Shown here: positions 1 through 8,817 of the stretch, in pieces
How the letters are laid out: each line of letters opens with the position of its first letter
Position numbering within the stretch: position 1 is the first letter of the stretch
Assembly: GCA_963783885.1 (NCBI GenBank)
Contig: CAWAPJ010000044.1
Location: 1-19,232, forward strand
Reading direction: 5' to 3'
Source of the DNA: Waddliaceae bacterium
GTDB lineage: Bacteria; Chlamydiota; Chlamydiia; Chlamydiales; SLFE01
Length of the DNA stretch: 19,232 bases
The notes under the pieces: generated by a model
The model's input: the letters and a program-made list of their open reading frames with translations, nothing else
Database searches by the model: none
What the model was told of the DNA's origin: nothing
Made by a program: the position numbers and the translations under genes

Positions 1-116
1 GAATTCTCCCACACTATTTCACGGGAAGTGACGATTGCGACAAGGGAATAGCTTTAGCTATTGCCGAGAAGCAATCGATCGTCAGATGGGGCCTCGCAGT
101 CGACCGAAAACTTATA
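1..116. repeat. Palindromic (RPE/MITE-like) element A, cut by window edge
   Basis: Nested stems tgacgattgc (29-38) / gcaatcgatcgtca (71-84) and aatagc-ttta-gctatt (47-62). Bases 1-54 recur at 738-791 with one mismatch. It is GC-richer than the flanking genes. The right boundary is approximate. Confidence 0.75.
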
Positions 117-130
117 CCCTATCAAGAATT

Positions 131-592
131 TTATGAATTTTTTAATTCTTTTAAAATTTTAGTGATTTTTTTGTCTGTGGAGAGATAATTTAAACCTGCA
201 CCATCTCCCAACAATAAAGTACATCCAGTCTCTTGAAAGATCTTCAAAATATCTTGATTTAATTCCTTATCAAATATAACAGTATCACTGGTAGCTGTTG
301 GAACTGATTTAAGATCATATGCAGGAGCGGATTTATGAAATAACCAAATCTCATCGAAACCTGAAAATAATTTGTCTAAATTTATTTCTTTTACTTGCTT
401 TTCGAATAGACAAATATTCCCATTGATAATCTCAAAAGGAAATTTATGAAATTCAAGAATATTTACAATATCCTTAACTGAGGATGAACTGTCAATACAT
501 CTCAAAACCATAACTGGTTCACTGAATGAATTTAAAATTGGTGTTAATGAATCTCTTAGACTTTGAGAACTGATATATCCATACTCAACCAT
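131..592 (-). CDS. Hypothetical 153-aa protein, candidate immunity protein of an orphan toxin cassette
   Basis: Part of ORF 131..700. The better start is the ATG at 592 (MVEYG...), preceded by GGAG and lying 4 nt after the stop of the toxin-tip remnant. It is AT-rich, co-oriented and downstream of the Rhs gene. Confidence 0.7.
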   Translation of the reverse strand: MVEYGYISSQSLRDSLTPILNSFSEPVMVLRCIDSSSSVKDIVNILEFHKFPFEIINGNICLFEKQVKEINLDKLFSGFDEIWLFHKSAPAYDLKSVPTATSDTVIFDKELNQDILKIFQETGCTLLLGDGAGLNYLSTDKKITKILKELKNS

Positions 593-596
593 TTGA

Positions 597-700
597 TTAT
601 TCTCCCGGTTCAAGTGGTCGACCAGGTTGACGTGGTTTTTCTTTTGACCAATTCCAATCAAATATGGGGCCGATATGGGGCCGTGCTGTGCATTGTGCAT
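597..700 (-). pseudogene. Remnant of an orphan polymorphic-toxin C-terminal tip
   Basis: The minus frame reads ...GPIFDWNWSKEKPRQPGRPLEPGE* (TAA at 597-599), resembling the ends of Rhs nuclease tips (H..DW.W....RQPGRP, recalled). An 11-bp tandem duplication atatggggccg (662-672 / 673-683) shifts the frame. Confidence 0.5.
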
Positions 701-725
701 AATTATTTACCATGTTATAAAGAAA

Positions 726-791
726 AGCCTTTGAGGAGAATTTTCCCACACTATTTCACGGGAAGTGACGATTGCGACAAGGGAATAGCTT
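726..791. repeat. Partial copy of palindromic element A
   Basis: 738-791 matches 1-54 at 53/54 positions. It supplies the last codons and TAG stop of the 751..1428 gene. The left boundary is approximate. Confidence 0.85.
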
Positions 792-1428
792 GTATGTCCT
801 TCTGCCAAATGATATATCCTTCACCATCATATGCTCCTGCAAGGATATAATGAATATTATTTGATATCACATCTTGATTATCCAGTATAAAATGATTTGA
901 ATCTATCAATTCCCCACTAGAAAACACAACAAATGAATGCCAAGAATAACAACTACTTCTAAAGGTTTTATATATTTCTTCAAATGTATTGGATCCCTTT
1001 AGAATATAATATACCTCTTGCCTCTCAAATGCCATTTTCACATTATCAATATTTATATTTTTATCACTCGGTAAAAGATTTATGTTGTTTAAAACAACAA
1101 AATTATTTTTATTCATTTTTAAATATTTTAGGATAAATTGAGAAGTTTCAAAATCAGTAGATTGGAAAAATCGTGGAGTATAAGTTTTACTTTTAACATT
1201 TGCGGCTTTTTCTGCTCCTACATCAACCTTAGGTGTCATTCCCCCCGATTTAAAATTATATAATCTGGATAAATGACAAAATTCGGGGAGATCGATGAAA
1301 AATTGACCATTATTAAAATTCAATTCTTTTTTAAATAGTTTAGATAGTGATGTATCGCTAGATATATGATCAATAAAATATGGTTTAACTTTTTCAAAAT
1401 CGAGTATGTGTCGAATTGTTCTTTTCAT
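751..1428 (-). CDS. Candidate immunity protein, paralog of 1428..2000
   Basis: The ATG at 1428 overlaps the TAA of the upstream gene (TAATG coupling). It shares ILDFE, G.F...LP.....R.Y.F...G..P and AY.GE..I.W motifs with 1428..2000. Confidence 0.8.
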   Translation of the reverse strand: MKRTIRHILDFEKVKPYFIDHISSDTSLSKLFKKELNFNNGQFFIDLPEFCHLSRLYNFKSGGMTPKVDVGAEKAANVKSKTYTPRFFQSTDFETSQFILKYLKMNKNNFVVLNNINLLPSDKNINIDNVKMAFERQEVYYILKGSNTFEEIYKTFRSSCYSWHSFVVFSSGELIDSNHFILDNQDVISNNIHYILAGAYDGEGYIIWQKDIQAIPLSQSSLPVK

Positions 1429-2000
1429 TAACAATTACCTATAACATTGGATTTTTTCGTCCAAAAAATACAAGCTTCACCATTATATGCAGGAAATATA
1501 AAGTATTCAAAATTATAGAAATCATCATCATGGCTTTCATCCTTAGTCTGATCACTTTTAAGGAGAACAAACGGTTGCCTAGGCTCTATAATAAATAAAT
1601 TTTTTGAAATATCTTGTAATGTAGACGCATTGGTAAGCATTTTCTTTTTATTATCACGCCAAAAAAAGCAGCGATGCTGTTCGCTTTCTTTTAAAAATTC
1701 ATGAATAAATTTTTTTAGCTCTTGTTTTGTTGTAAAAATGCACTTTGGTATGTAAATTTCACCATCTGGAAGAATTTGTTTTTCTTCAATGAGATCTTCT
1801 GCTGGAAGGATTCCACTCAAATCAAAGTCGTAAATTCTATCAATATAAGCATTTTTCGGCAATTCCGTGTAGAAAACCCCCTCATTCCAAAAGTTGCTTT
1901 TGAGAAATCCTGAATGTTTAGATAAGGATTCATTTATTTCAACTTGAAGGTATTTAAATGCTCTTTCAAAATCTAGAATATATCTATGTAATTTTCTCAT
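1428..2000 (-). CDS. Candidate cognate immunity protein for the Rhs toxin tip (190 aa)
   Basis: Starts 9 nt after the Rhs stop, is small and AT-rich, and is paralogous to the next gene. Confidence 0.8.
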   Translation of the reverse strand: MRKLHRYILDFERAFKYLQVEINESLSKHSGFLKSNFWNEGVFYTELPKNAYIDRIYDFDLSGILPAEDLIEEKQILPDGEIYIPKCIFTTKQELKKFIHEFLKESEQHRCFFWRDNKKKMLTNASTLQDISKNLFIIEPRQPFVLLKSDQTKDESHDDDFYNFEYFIFPAYNGEACIFWTKKSNVIGNC

Positions 2001-2009
2001 AATTATTCT

Positions 2010-5000
2010 CTATTTTGTTTCGAATGTGCCATCTAAAAACCAACGTCCATTATTATCGGGATCATTTCTATCATGGTAATCCCAATGAGGATCAATCGAT
2101 GGATCATGATCTAAATCAGGATGCAAACTTTCTTGGGTGTTAGGATTATACCAATTTCCCTTTGACCCGCCACGTTTTTCAAAGCCTTCACCAGGACATT
2201 CATTTGAATTAGCTGGTGGTTTCGTTCCTGGGAAAGGATGAAAATCCCCATCATTTTTGGAAAAAAGTATATGATCATAATCTGTAATGAGATTTTCATT
2301 CACACAATCTTCAACGTAATGAGTTCCTTCATAAACGACAAAAGCTGCTATAGCGCCCACTACTGCACCAATGATCGCTTCTGCTGTAGCCGTTCCTAAA
2401 ATAATTTCCCCTAAGGGTATTGCAATCAAAAAGACAAACTGTCCGTCGGGATCGCAGTATTGAAAAGGATTGTTGAACAGGTATTGGTAGAGATTGGTGG
2501 AATCGTGAGTTCCTGCGGGATCTGTTGTCAACCAACGGCCAATTGAGGGGTTGTAGTATCGCTTGCCGTAGTAAATCAAACCTGTTTCGGGATCAAGACG
2601 TTTTCCGGCATGTCTCCAAGGGTTGTGGAAGGATTCAGTTGCAAAGAGGGTTTCTCCAAATGCTGTATAGTTATATTCATGGGTAATTTGTTTTGATTCA
2701 ATATCGACAAGCTTTTGTATGTTTCCGTGGCAATCAAGAATCGGGACAAAAATTCTATCTTGCAGCTCGATCGCAATTGGCTGGTATGAGTCTTTATAGG
2801 TTCTTATACCCGGTACTTTTAACTGTTTGAGCTGATAGTCAGGAGTGTAGGCTCCAAGCTCGTTTTGTCCGTCGTAAAAGTAGATCTCTTCGTTAAGGAT
2901 GCGCTCTTCGCTTGCGCTGTATAGTGTCGTTTTTTTGGATATTCTTCGATCAAAAGGATCGTAGGTGTATGTGAATTTGTGCCGATTATCTTTTGCCTCG
3001 ATCAGACGATTAAGTAGATCATACGTGTAGGTCCTTTTGCCGTCATGAATGAGATTGCCGCATTCGTCGTATTCGTACTTTTGTTCTCCTCTGGACTGGA
3101 GCTCATTGAGATGATTATATTCTAATACCTCATCATTTTTTCGTGTCCGATTAAAAAGGGAATCATAAGCGTATGTGGCGTCATTTTCGGAAACGAGCTG
3201 AGAAAGGGGATCATAAGAATAATGGTCGGTGGTCTTATCTTTTTGTGACTCAATGAGGTTTCCGAGTTCATCGTAAAAACAAGTTTGGGTTAAATAAGGT
3301 GAGGATGAGGCTGTTTTCCTCCCATTTTTGTCATACCGAAAATTCTGCGTGCCAAGTTTGCCGATGAGCGATTCTTCAAGAAGGCGGCCCGATTTGTCAT
3401 AGCGGTTGTAGGTGTGTTTATAAATTTGATTTTTTTGGTTGTTTAATCTTGAAACACTTCGAAGGTTGAGGGGATCATATTCGTATTCTAGAGATCCCTC
3501 TGAAAAATCAATCACAAGAGGACGGCTGAAACCGTCGTATTTTTTGTTTAGGAGGAGGCCGTCGGATGTCTGTTCTCGTAAAATATTTCCGAAAGGGTCA
3601 TATTCTCGTGATAGGGAGTAAGCTTGATTGAGGTCGGATGCTTCGATGATGTCGCCTAATTTATTCGTGCGGTATATAAGGTTGATCGAGCCATCCGAGG
3701 AATTAACAGACTCCAAAAAACCCAGGCTGTTATAACTATATTTCAGAACTCCACCGCTTGGCAAACTTTTTGTCGCTAAACAGCCGGATGGATGATAGCA
3801 GTAGCGGGTTGTTCTTTCGAAGCCATGGGTTTCCGAGTGGAGACGATTCATTGAGTCATAGGCATGAGAAATAGTTTGCGTTCGTTGATAACGCCCATTT
3901 TGATGAATGTCATCGCTGATTCTGACCAGGTTGCCTCGAGGGTCATATTCGAATTCTTTAAAGTGAAGCGTCGTCCCGTTCTGATCAAACTGCTGTACAG
4001 ATGACATCCTTTCGAAAGGATCGTAAACCGATACTGTCGTTCTGCCCAGGGGGTCAACGGCTGTTTTTCTCAAAACATGACAACCCAATTCGTTTACATG
4101 CCAATCATCAAAGCTATATTCGGTGCTGTTGCCTTCATAGTCCCTATGGTTGATGATTCGACCGAAAGCATCGTAGGAAAAATACTCTGATTGATTGTTC
4201 TTGGTGACTGCACTGCGATTCCCATCCTCATCATATTCATAGTCGACCCGGTAAAGAACTGATCCTTTCAAATCGGTTTTGGCCTCTTGAATGACCCTAT
4301 CGAGAAGATCATATTCGGTGTGGTGTAAAAGGGTGTTCTTTTTTATAGCTGCAAGCCTTCCGAGAGAGTCATAGGAATATTCTGTGATCCTCCCTTCTCT
4401 TTCCTCTTTGATTTTGCGGCCGGCTCCATCGTAGAAATAGGAAGTGGTATACCCCTCTAAGTCGGTTTCTTGCAGGAGATGAAACGTATTATAGACAAAA
4501 GTTTCGGAGCCGATTTCTTCATTCGAAGGAGTAAATAATGTCTTTTTCAAGACTCTGCCAAGGATGTCTCGATCGTAAACGGTTTTCTTGCCTTCCTGGT
4601 CGAGGTATTCTATGAGATATCCACCTTTTGAATAGCAGAATTTCTCTTGAGTTCCGTCAGGGTGTATGATTTGCAGAGGCAAGCCGTAGAGGTTTCGTAT
4701 GGTAAGCGTGGTATAGCCTTCAGGGTCGGTTATGGCTATTTCGCGTCCTAAAGCATCGTATGTTCTGGAAATTTTTACGTCTGATCCGGAAATTGAAGGA
4801 TACTGGATGGTTGTTGGTTTTAATACAACGGAGTCAAAGGCATATCGCGTGATATTTGTCTCGTTTTCCGTCTTCTGTATGAGTTGATCATAATTGTCAT
4901 ATTCGTATGAAAAGGTTTTCAGTTCGCCTTTGGATCCGTTGTGTGTTTCAGTTAAGCGGCGGCCCCTGAAGTCATACGTATATCCCTTTTTGAACTTTCC

Positions 5001-6932
5001 CGAAAATGATGTTTCTGAAAGCAGGTTTCCAGTTTTATCATACCCATAATAAGCGGATTGACCTAAAGCGTTGGTTTCGGAAAGTAAATTTCCTTGTTTG
5101 TCGTATTCCTTGAAGATTGAATAGCGGAAATTTCCGTCCGAATCATAGATATCTTCTTGAGATACGTTGCCATAAGAGTCATAGGCCAAATGGATTTTTC
5201 TCAGAGTTTTTTCATCTTCTCCCTGAAGATATTTTTCCTCGATCCATTCGGGCATATGGAGATACGGAGCTTCTTTGCGAAGAGTATAAGTGGTCATACG
5301 TCGTTCAGTGCCGGGAGAACTTCCGTCATCGATGATTTTGCGGATCAAATTATGGCAATCGTCATACTCCCAATACTCCCTTTGGAAATTAGTGTCATTT
5401 TCAAAAGTTAGCTTTGAAGTGGGAAGGTTGGTTCCTGCAAGATAAGTATAAACGACTTCTTTTCCGCTTTCTTCTTGCTCTTTAAGAAGCAAATTCATCC
5501 CATCCTGAGAAAATTCCCTTCTTATGCAGTAAGATTCTGTCTTTCCGGTGATGGTTTCGAGGGTTGGATTTCCAAAATCATCGTATTCATAGCATTTTTT
5601 GTAGAGTAGCTCGTCGGCACCTTCGAATAACTGAACACATGATAATCGATTGTTTTCATCCCAGACATAGATTTTTGTTTTCTTAAGAGAGCCGTCGGGT
5701 TGAAATGATTTTACCGACTCGGGAAGCAGTTGATCGGTATAACGGTAAACGATTTTTGCTCCGTCCTGATATTGGACGATGGTTTCTCCATTTCTCCTTC
5801 CGGGAAGGGGGGGAGTGTACTCAATGTTTTCCACCCCCTTAAATGATGCGTCATCTGAAGTGTCAAAAATGAGATTTTTCACGCGGTAGTGATACTTGTT
5901 ATCGCGGGTTTTGGTGATCCCGATCAAACTTTTAAAGGGGTGGCTTAAACTTTTGCATTCTGACAGAAACAAATCATGGGTATACGAAAAAGATTCTTTG
6001 TCAAAAAATGTGCCTTCGGCAACCGTTAAATAGGGTTTGGAAAGCAGTTCTTGTTTAAAACGGCCCCCATTTTCCTTCCATTCCGCTTGGAGCATTCTTG
6101 TTTCGTAAGAATATTTTGCAAAAGCGCCGCTAGAAGCTAAAAATTCCTGCTTTCCCAGCTCCTTGGATCCTTTGATCTCAACTGAGGCATAGACGTGCTT
6201 TTCCATGGGGTCCGTGCTCTCAATCAGCCTGATATCGCCATTTTGATAATGATATTTGATCACCTTTCCACTAGGCAGAATTTCTTTGTCAAGACAATAG
6301 GAATGACAGATCAGTTTGGTATAAATTCGCCGGCTGCCATCGGGAAAATGAATGGTAACCATATTATCCGAGCGATTGACCCTGATATTTCTGACATCAA
6401 ACTGCCCTCCGGGCTTGCCGGCAGCATAATTGCTTATTCCATAGGACGGATTATCTAAAACATAGTCTCCGCTGTTTGTCTTTTTGAAATCTAAAAGAGA
6501 GCCGTTTTGAGAGACGACCTGTATTCTGCCGTTCGATTTCGTCTTCAATGAAAGATGGGGAAGCGTCGCAAACCCTCTGTAATTTCCCCAAAGATGCTTA
6601 TATCTCATCGCTTTATCTCGATCGGGATTTTTGTCGCATCTTGCTGGAAGAAAGGGAGGTATATACGTTCTGTTAACGACAATATCTTGAGCGCCTTTGG
6701 CAATAAGATCGGTTTTATGGATGCAGATCTGCCCGCTTAAAGGGTTGATGAATCCCCCGACAAGAAACTCTCTGCCGCAAGACAAATCGGAAATTTCGAA
6801 TGGAGATGATGGTGTCAAATCCTCGGAGTCATCTCCAGCGAAAAGCGAGATCCAACTCAAACAGCAGATAAGAAAAAACAATCGCAATACATGAGTCCTT
6901 TTAAAAAAAGGGGAGTGTACTTGGATTCGCAT
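2010..6932 (-). CDS. Rhs/YD-repeat polymorphic toxin with C-terminal Ntox37-like (predicted RNase) domain
   Basis: Many YD..GR/GN repeats. Rhs core GKRLDPETGLIYYGKRYYNPSIGRWLTTDP...NLYQY..NNP....DPDG (DPDG at 2442-2453). N-terminal hydrophobic signal, then DUF6531-like INPLSG...DL...G.....RTY. The tip PGEGFEKRG..KGNWYNP.T.ESLHPDL.H...I.PHWDY matches the recalled toxin-37 pattern. Confidence 0.93.
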   Translation of the reverse strand: MRIQVHSPFFKRTHVLRLFFLICCLSWISLFAGDDSEDLTPSSPFEISDLSCGREFLVGGFINPLSGQICIHKTDLIAKGAQDIVVNRTYIPPFLPARCDKNPDRDKAMRYKHLWGNYRGFATLPHLSLKTKSNGRIQVVSQNGSLLDFKKTNSGDYVLDNPSYGISNYAAGKPGGQFDVRNIRVNRSDNMVTIHFPDGSRRIYTKLICHSYCLDKEILPSGKVIKYHYQNGDIRLIESTDPMEKHVYASVEIKGSKELGKQEFLASSGAFAKYSYETRMLQAEWKENGGRFKQELLSKPYLTVAEGTFFDKESFSYTHDLFLSECKSLSHPFKSLIGITKTRDNKYHYRVKNLIFDTSDDASFKGVENIEYTPPLPGRRNGETIVQYQDGAKIVYRYTDQLLPESVKSFQPDGSLKKTKIYVWDENNRLSCVQLFEGADELLYKKCYEYDDFGNPTLETITGKTESYCIRREFSQDGMNLLLKEQEESGKEVVYTYLAGTNLPTSKLTFENDTNFQREYWEYDDCHNLIRKIIDDGSSPGTERRMTTYTLRKEAPYLHMPEWIEEKYLQGEDEKTLRKIHLAYDSYGNVSQEDIYDSDGNFRYSIFKEYDKQGNLLSETNALGQSAYYGYDKTGNLLSETSFSGKFKKGYTYDFRGRRLTETHNGSKGELKTFSYEYDNYDQLIQKTENETNITRYAFDSVVLKPTTIQYPSISGSDVKISRTYDALGREIAITDPEGYTTLTIRNLYGLPLQIIHPDGTQEKFCYSKGGYLIEYLDQEGKKTVYDRDILGRVLKKTLFTPSNEEIGSETFVYNTFHLLQETDLEGYTTSYFYDGAGRKIKEEREGRITEYSYDSLGRLAAIKKNTLLHHTEYDLLDRVIQEAKTDLKGSVLYRVDYEYDEDGNRSAVTKNNQSEYFSYDAFGRIINHRDYEGNSTEYSFDDWHVNELGCHVLRKTAVDPLGRTTVSVYDPFERMSSVQQFDQNGTTLHFKEFEYDPRGNLVRISDDIHQNGRYQRTQTISHAYDSMNRLHSETHGFERTTRYCYHPSGCLATKSLPSGGVLKYSYNSLGFLESVNSSDGSINLIYRTNKLGDIIEASDLNQAYSLSREYDPFGNILREQTSDGLLLNKKYDGFSRPLVIDFSEGSLEYEYDPLNLRSVSRLNNQKNQIYKHTYNRYDKSGRLLEESLIGKLGTQNFRYDKNGRKTASSSPYLTQTCFYDELGNLIESQKDKTTDHYSYDPLSQLVSENDATYAYDSLFNRTRKNDEVLEYNHLNELQSRGEQKYEYDECGNLIHDGKRTYTYDLLNRLIEAKDNRHKFTYTYDPFDRRISKKTTLYSASEERILNEEIYFYDGQNELGAYTPDYQLKQLKVPGIRTYKDSYQPIAIELQDRIFVPILDCHGNIQKLVDIESKQITHEYNYTAFGETLFATESFHNPWRHAGKRLDPETGLIYYGKRYYNPSIGRWLTTDPAGTHDSTNLYQYLFNNPFQYCDPDGQFVFLIAIPLGEIILGTATAEAIIGAVVGAIAAFVVYEGTHYVEDCVNENLITDYDHILFSKNDGDFHPFPGTKPPANSNECPGEGFEKRGGSKGNWYNPNTQESLHPDLDHDPSIDPHWDYHDRNDPDNNGRWFLDGTFETK

Positions 6933-6987
6933 TATTGATCAACACCTTAACAAAAAAATGTCAGGTGTTTCCGCTGAGTATTAACTT

Positions 6988-7198
6988 CTATTTAACCTCT
7001 CCTAAAATTCTTTCAATCTGGCTGATGAGGTAAAAAGGAATCGACAAAACTTGCTTAAAGAAATTTCTTTGTCATCTTCGAGTACAAATTCTAGAAAAGA
7101 ACCAGCTGCTATAACATGAAGTTCGGGCATCTTTTCTTTGAAAAACGCAGCGCTTTCAATGCAGGCAGGCAATTTTGAATCTAATCAAAAAAAATCAT
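6988..7198 (-). pseudogene. Collapsed remnant of an AAA_14/DUF4143-type ATPase gene
   Basis: The minus strand reads IFFD*IQNCLPALKALRF, then after a frameshift FKEKMPELHVIAAGSFLEF (Walker B region, with the Glu codon changed to TAG). This is joined to the family-like C-terminus LSIPFYLISQIERILGEVK* (TAG at 6988-6990). Confidence 0.75.
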
Positions 7199-7960
7199 AT
7201 TTATTTGGCCACCCGTTTAAAAGAAATTTTCCATTTTCGAAGATTTTTTCTTCGTCGGCATAAATAACGCCGTCGTTTCTAAGGTTGCATACAAGATCCC
7301 AATGCAAGGCCGACTGATTTTTGTTTCCTGTTTCAGGGTAGCCCATGCCTAAGGCTGTATGAAAAGTCCCGCCGATTTTCTCATCAAAAAGGATATCCTT
7401 AACACCGGTACTGACACAAAAGTTTGTTCCTAAGGCGATTTCACCGACATACTTAGCCCCCTGATCTTGTTCGATCATTTGAAGCAAAAATTTTTCACCG
7501 CGAGCCGCTTTGGCATTGACCACCGATCCCTTTTCAAAGGTCAATTCGATTCCGTCCACTTCCACGCCACGATAAACTGTTGGAAAATCGTATTTGACCA
7601 CTCCATCCGAGGCATCTAAATTCGGACCGGTGTAAATCTCGCCATCGGGAAAATTAATGGTGCCGCATAGGTTAACCCACTTCATTCCGGATATATTGAC
7701 TCTTAAATCCGTACCGTTGCCATTTTTGAAATGCAAACTTTCTTTTTCTGAAAGATAATCAATAGCCCTTTGATGCGCTTTTCCCAAAGCCTTCCAACTC
7801 CCAATGGGATTATCATGGTGCAAAAAACCGGCTCTAAAGACAAATTCTTCAAATTCAGCTGTCCCCATGGAAGCATTTTGAGCTGCTGCCGGATTGGGAA
7901 AGTGAGTACGGCACCAGCGAATAGCCCCTTTTGATTTGCGGTCAAGGATCGTTTTCGTGA
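7185..7960 (-). pseudogene. 5'-truncated M29 family aminopeptidase (AmpS/aminopeptidase T type)
   Basis: Motifs NFPDGEIYTGP, GEIALG, LFDEKIGGTFHTALG..Y and SALHWDLV are present. The first ~30 aa of ORF 7185..8051 are antisense transposase sequence, so the true N-terminus is missing. The junction is approximate. Confidence 0.85.
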
Positions 7961-8699
7961 TCGGCAAGCAGACGATAAAACGGATGCTCTCTAATGAAAA
8001 CAGCGGCTTTTCACTCGATGCTAAAGTAAGAGTGCCCTCTTGGGACCGCAAAGGTTTAGAGCGCCTGATAAGATACTGTGCTCGTCCTTGCTTTGCGAGA
8101 GAGAATTTGCGATGGAATGGCCCTTGGATTCATTATCGCCTTCCTAAACCCACCCACACCGGAAAAACCTTTGTGCAGATAGAACCCCTGGAATTTATCG
8201 AGAGGATTTCCCGATTCATTCCCTATCCCCGCCGACATCTCCGCCATTATCATGAAGTTTTTGCTCCTAATTCCCCGTTAAGAAAAAAGGTGGCTGCCAG
8301 CACTCAAAAACGCCCTGAATTCAACATCCAGAAAAATTTACAAGAGTCTTCAAAGAAGGTTATAAAGGTCTCATTCGACTGGGCAAAGCTCATAGCACGT
8401 ATTTACAAAACCGATCCGTTGCTTTGTGAATGTGGCAATAAAATTAAAATTACCTCATTTGTCATCCATACAGCTGAAATCAGACGCATATTAAAACGAA
8501 TAGGCTGCTGGGCCGATATCCAGAAGTTCGATCCGCCCTACCCTACCCCTGAAATGAACATCTGCCAACTTCTGCCATGGACTGAGGATGGGTTTTCCCC
8601 AGTAGGAAATCGAACTCTGGGAGAATGGGGCCCGGATCCTCCACTCATAGATCCACCCATTGGACAGACAATATCGACCCGCCTTTTTGGGAAGATTGA
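7960..8699 (+). pseudogene. IS91-family transposase, C-terminal half
   Basis: Motifs GFSLDAKVRV, LERLIRYCARP, PLEFIERI...IP.PR.HL..YH.VFAPNS.LR and WAKLIARIY..DPL.C.CG are present, but there is no HUH motif. A 1-bp deletion near 8655 relative to the second copy makes the ORF run past the original TGA (8697-8699). Confidence 0.85.
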
Positions 8700-8792
8700 A
8701 CCAAATACGATAATCGCTTCAGATGAGGCTCGATACCTCTTGCTCTAATTCGCCCCCAAATCAGACATATCTCTGCCAAAAATCTGGAAGAA

Positions 8793-8817
8793 AACCTCAA
8801 ATTGACAATTTGAGGTT
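8793..8817. repeat. Perfect inverted repeat in the IS91-like 3' non-coding end
   Basis: aacctcaaattg-a-caatttgaggtt; the core is conserved at 11344-11364. Confidence 0.8.

Noticed and set aside
593..700. N-terminal 36 aa of ORF 131..700 as part of the protein
   Set aside because: Better explained by the frameshifted toxin remnant; the ATG at 592 has a GGAG SD.
1..791. CRISPR array or integron attC sites
   Set aside because: There are only two copies, 54 bp or longer and 737 bp apart. There is no spacer periodicity, no cas or integrase gene, and no RYYYAAC/GTTRRRY ends.
563..850. 95-aa plus-strand ORF
   Set aside because: It is antisense to two genes and runs through the repeat, so it is a shadow ORF.
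2111..6894. Short ORFs nested in or antisense to the Rhs gene
   Set aside because: They fully overlap a well-supported 1640-aa CDS and show no recognisable motifs.
7961..8051. N-terminus of the 288-aa ORF as genuine aminopeptidase sequence
   Set aside because: It is the antisense of transposase codons.
8700..8748. Transposase C-terminal extension (IGQTISTRLFG...YLLL)
   Set aside because: It results from a 1-bp deletion relative to copy 2; the original stop is at 8697-8699.
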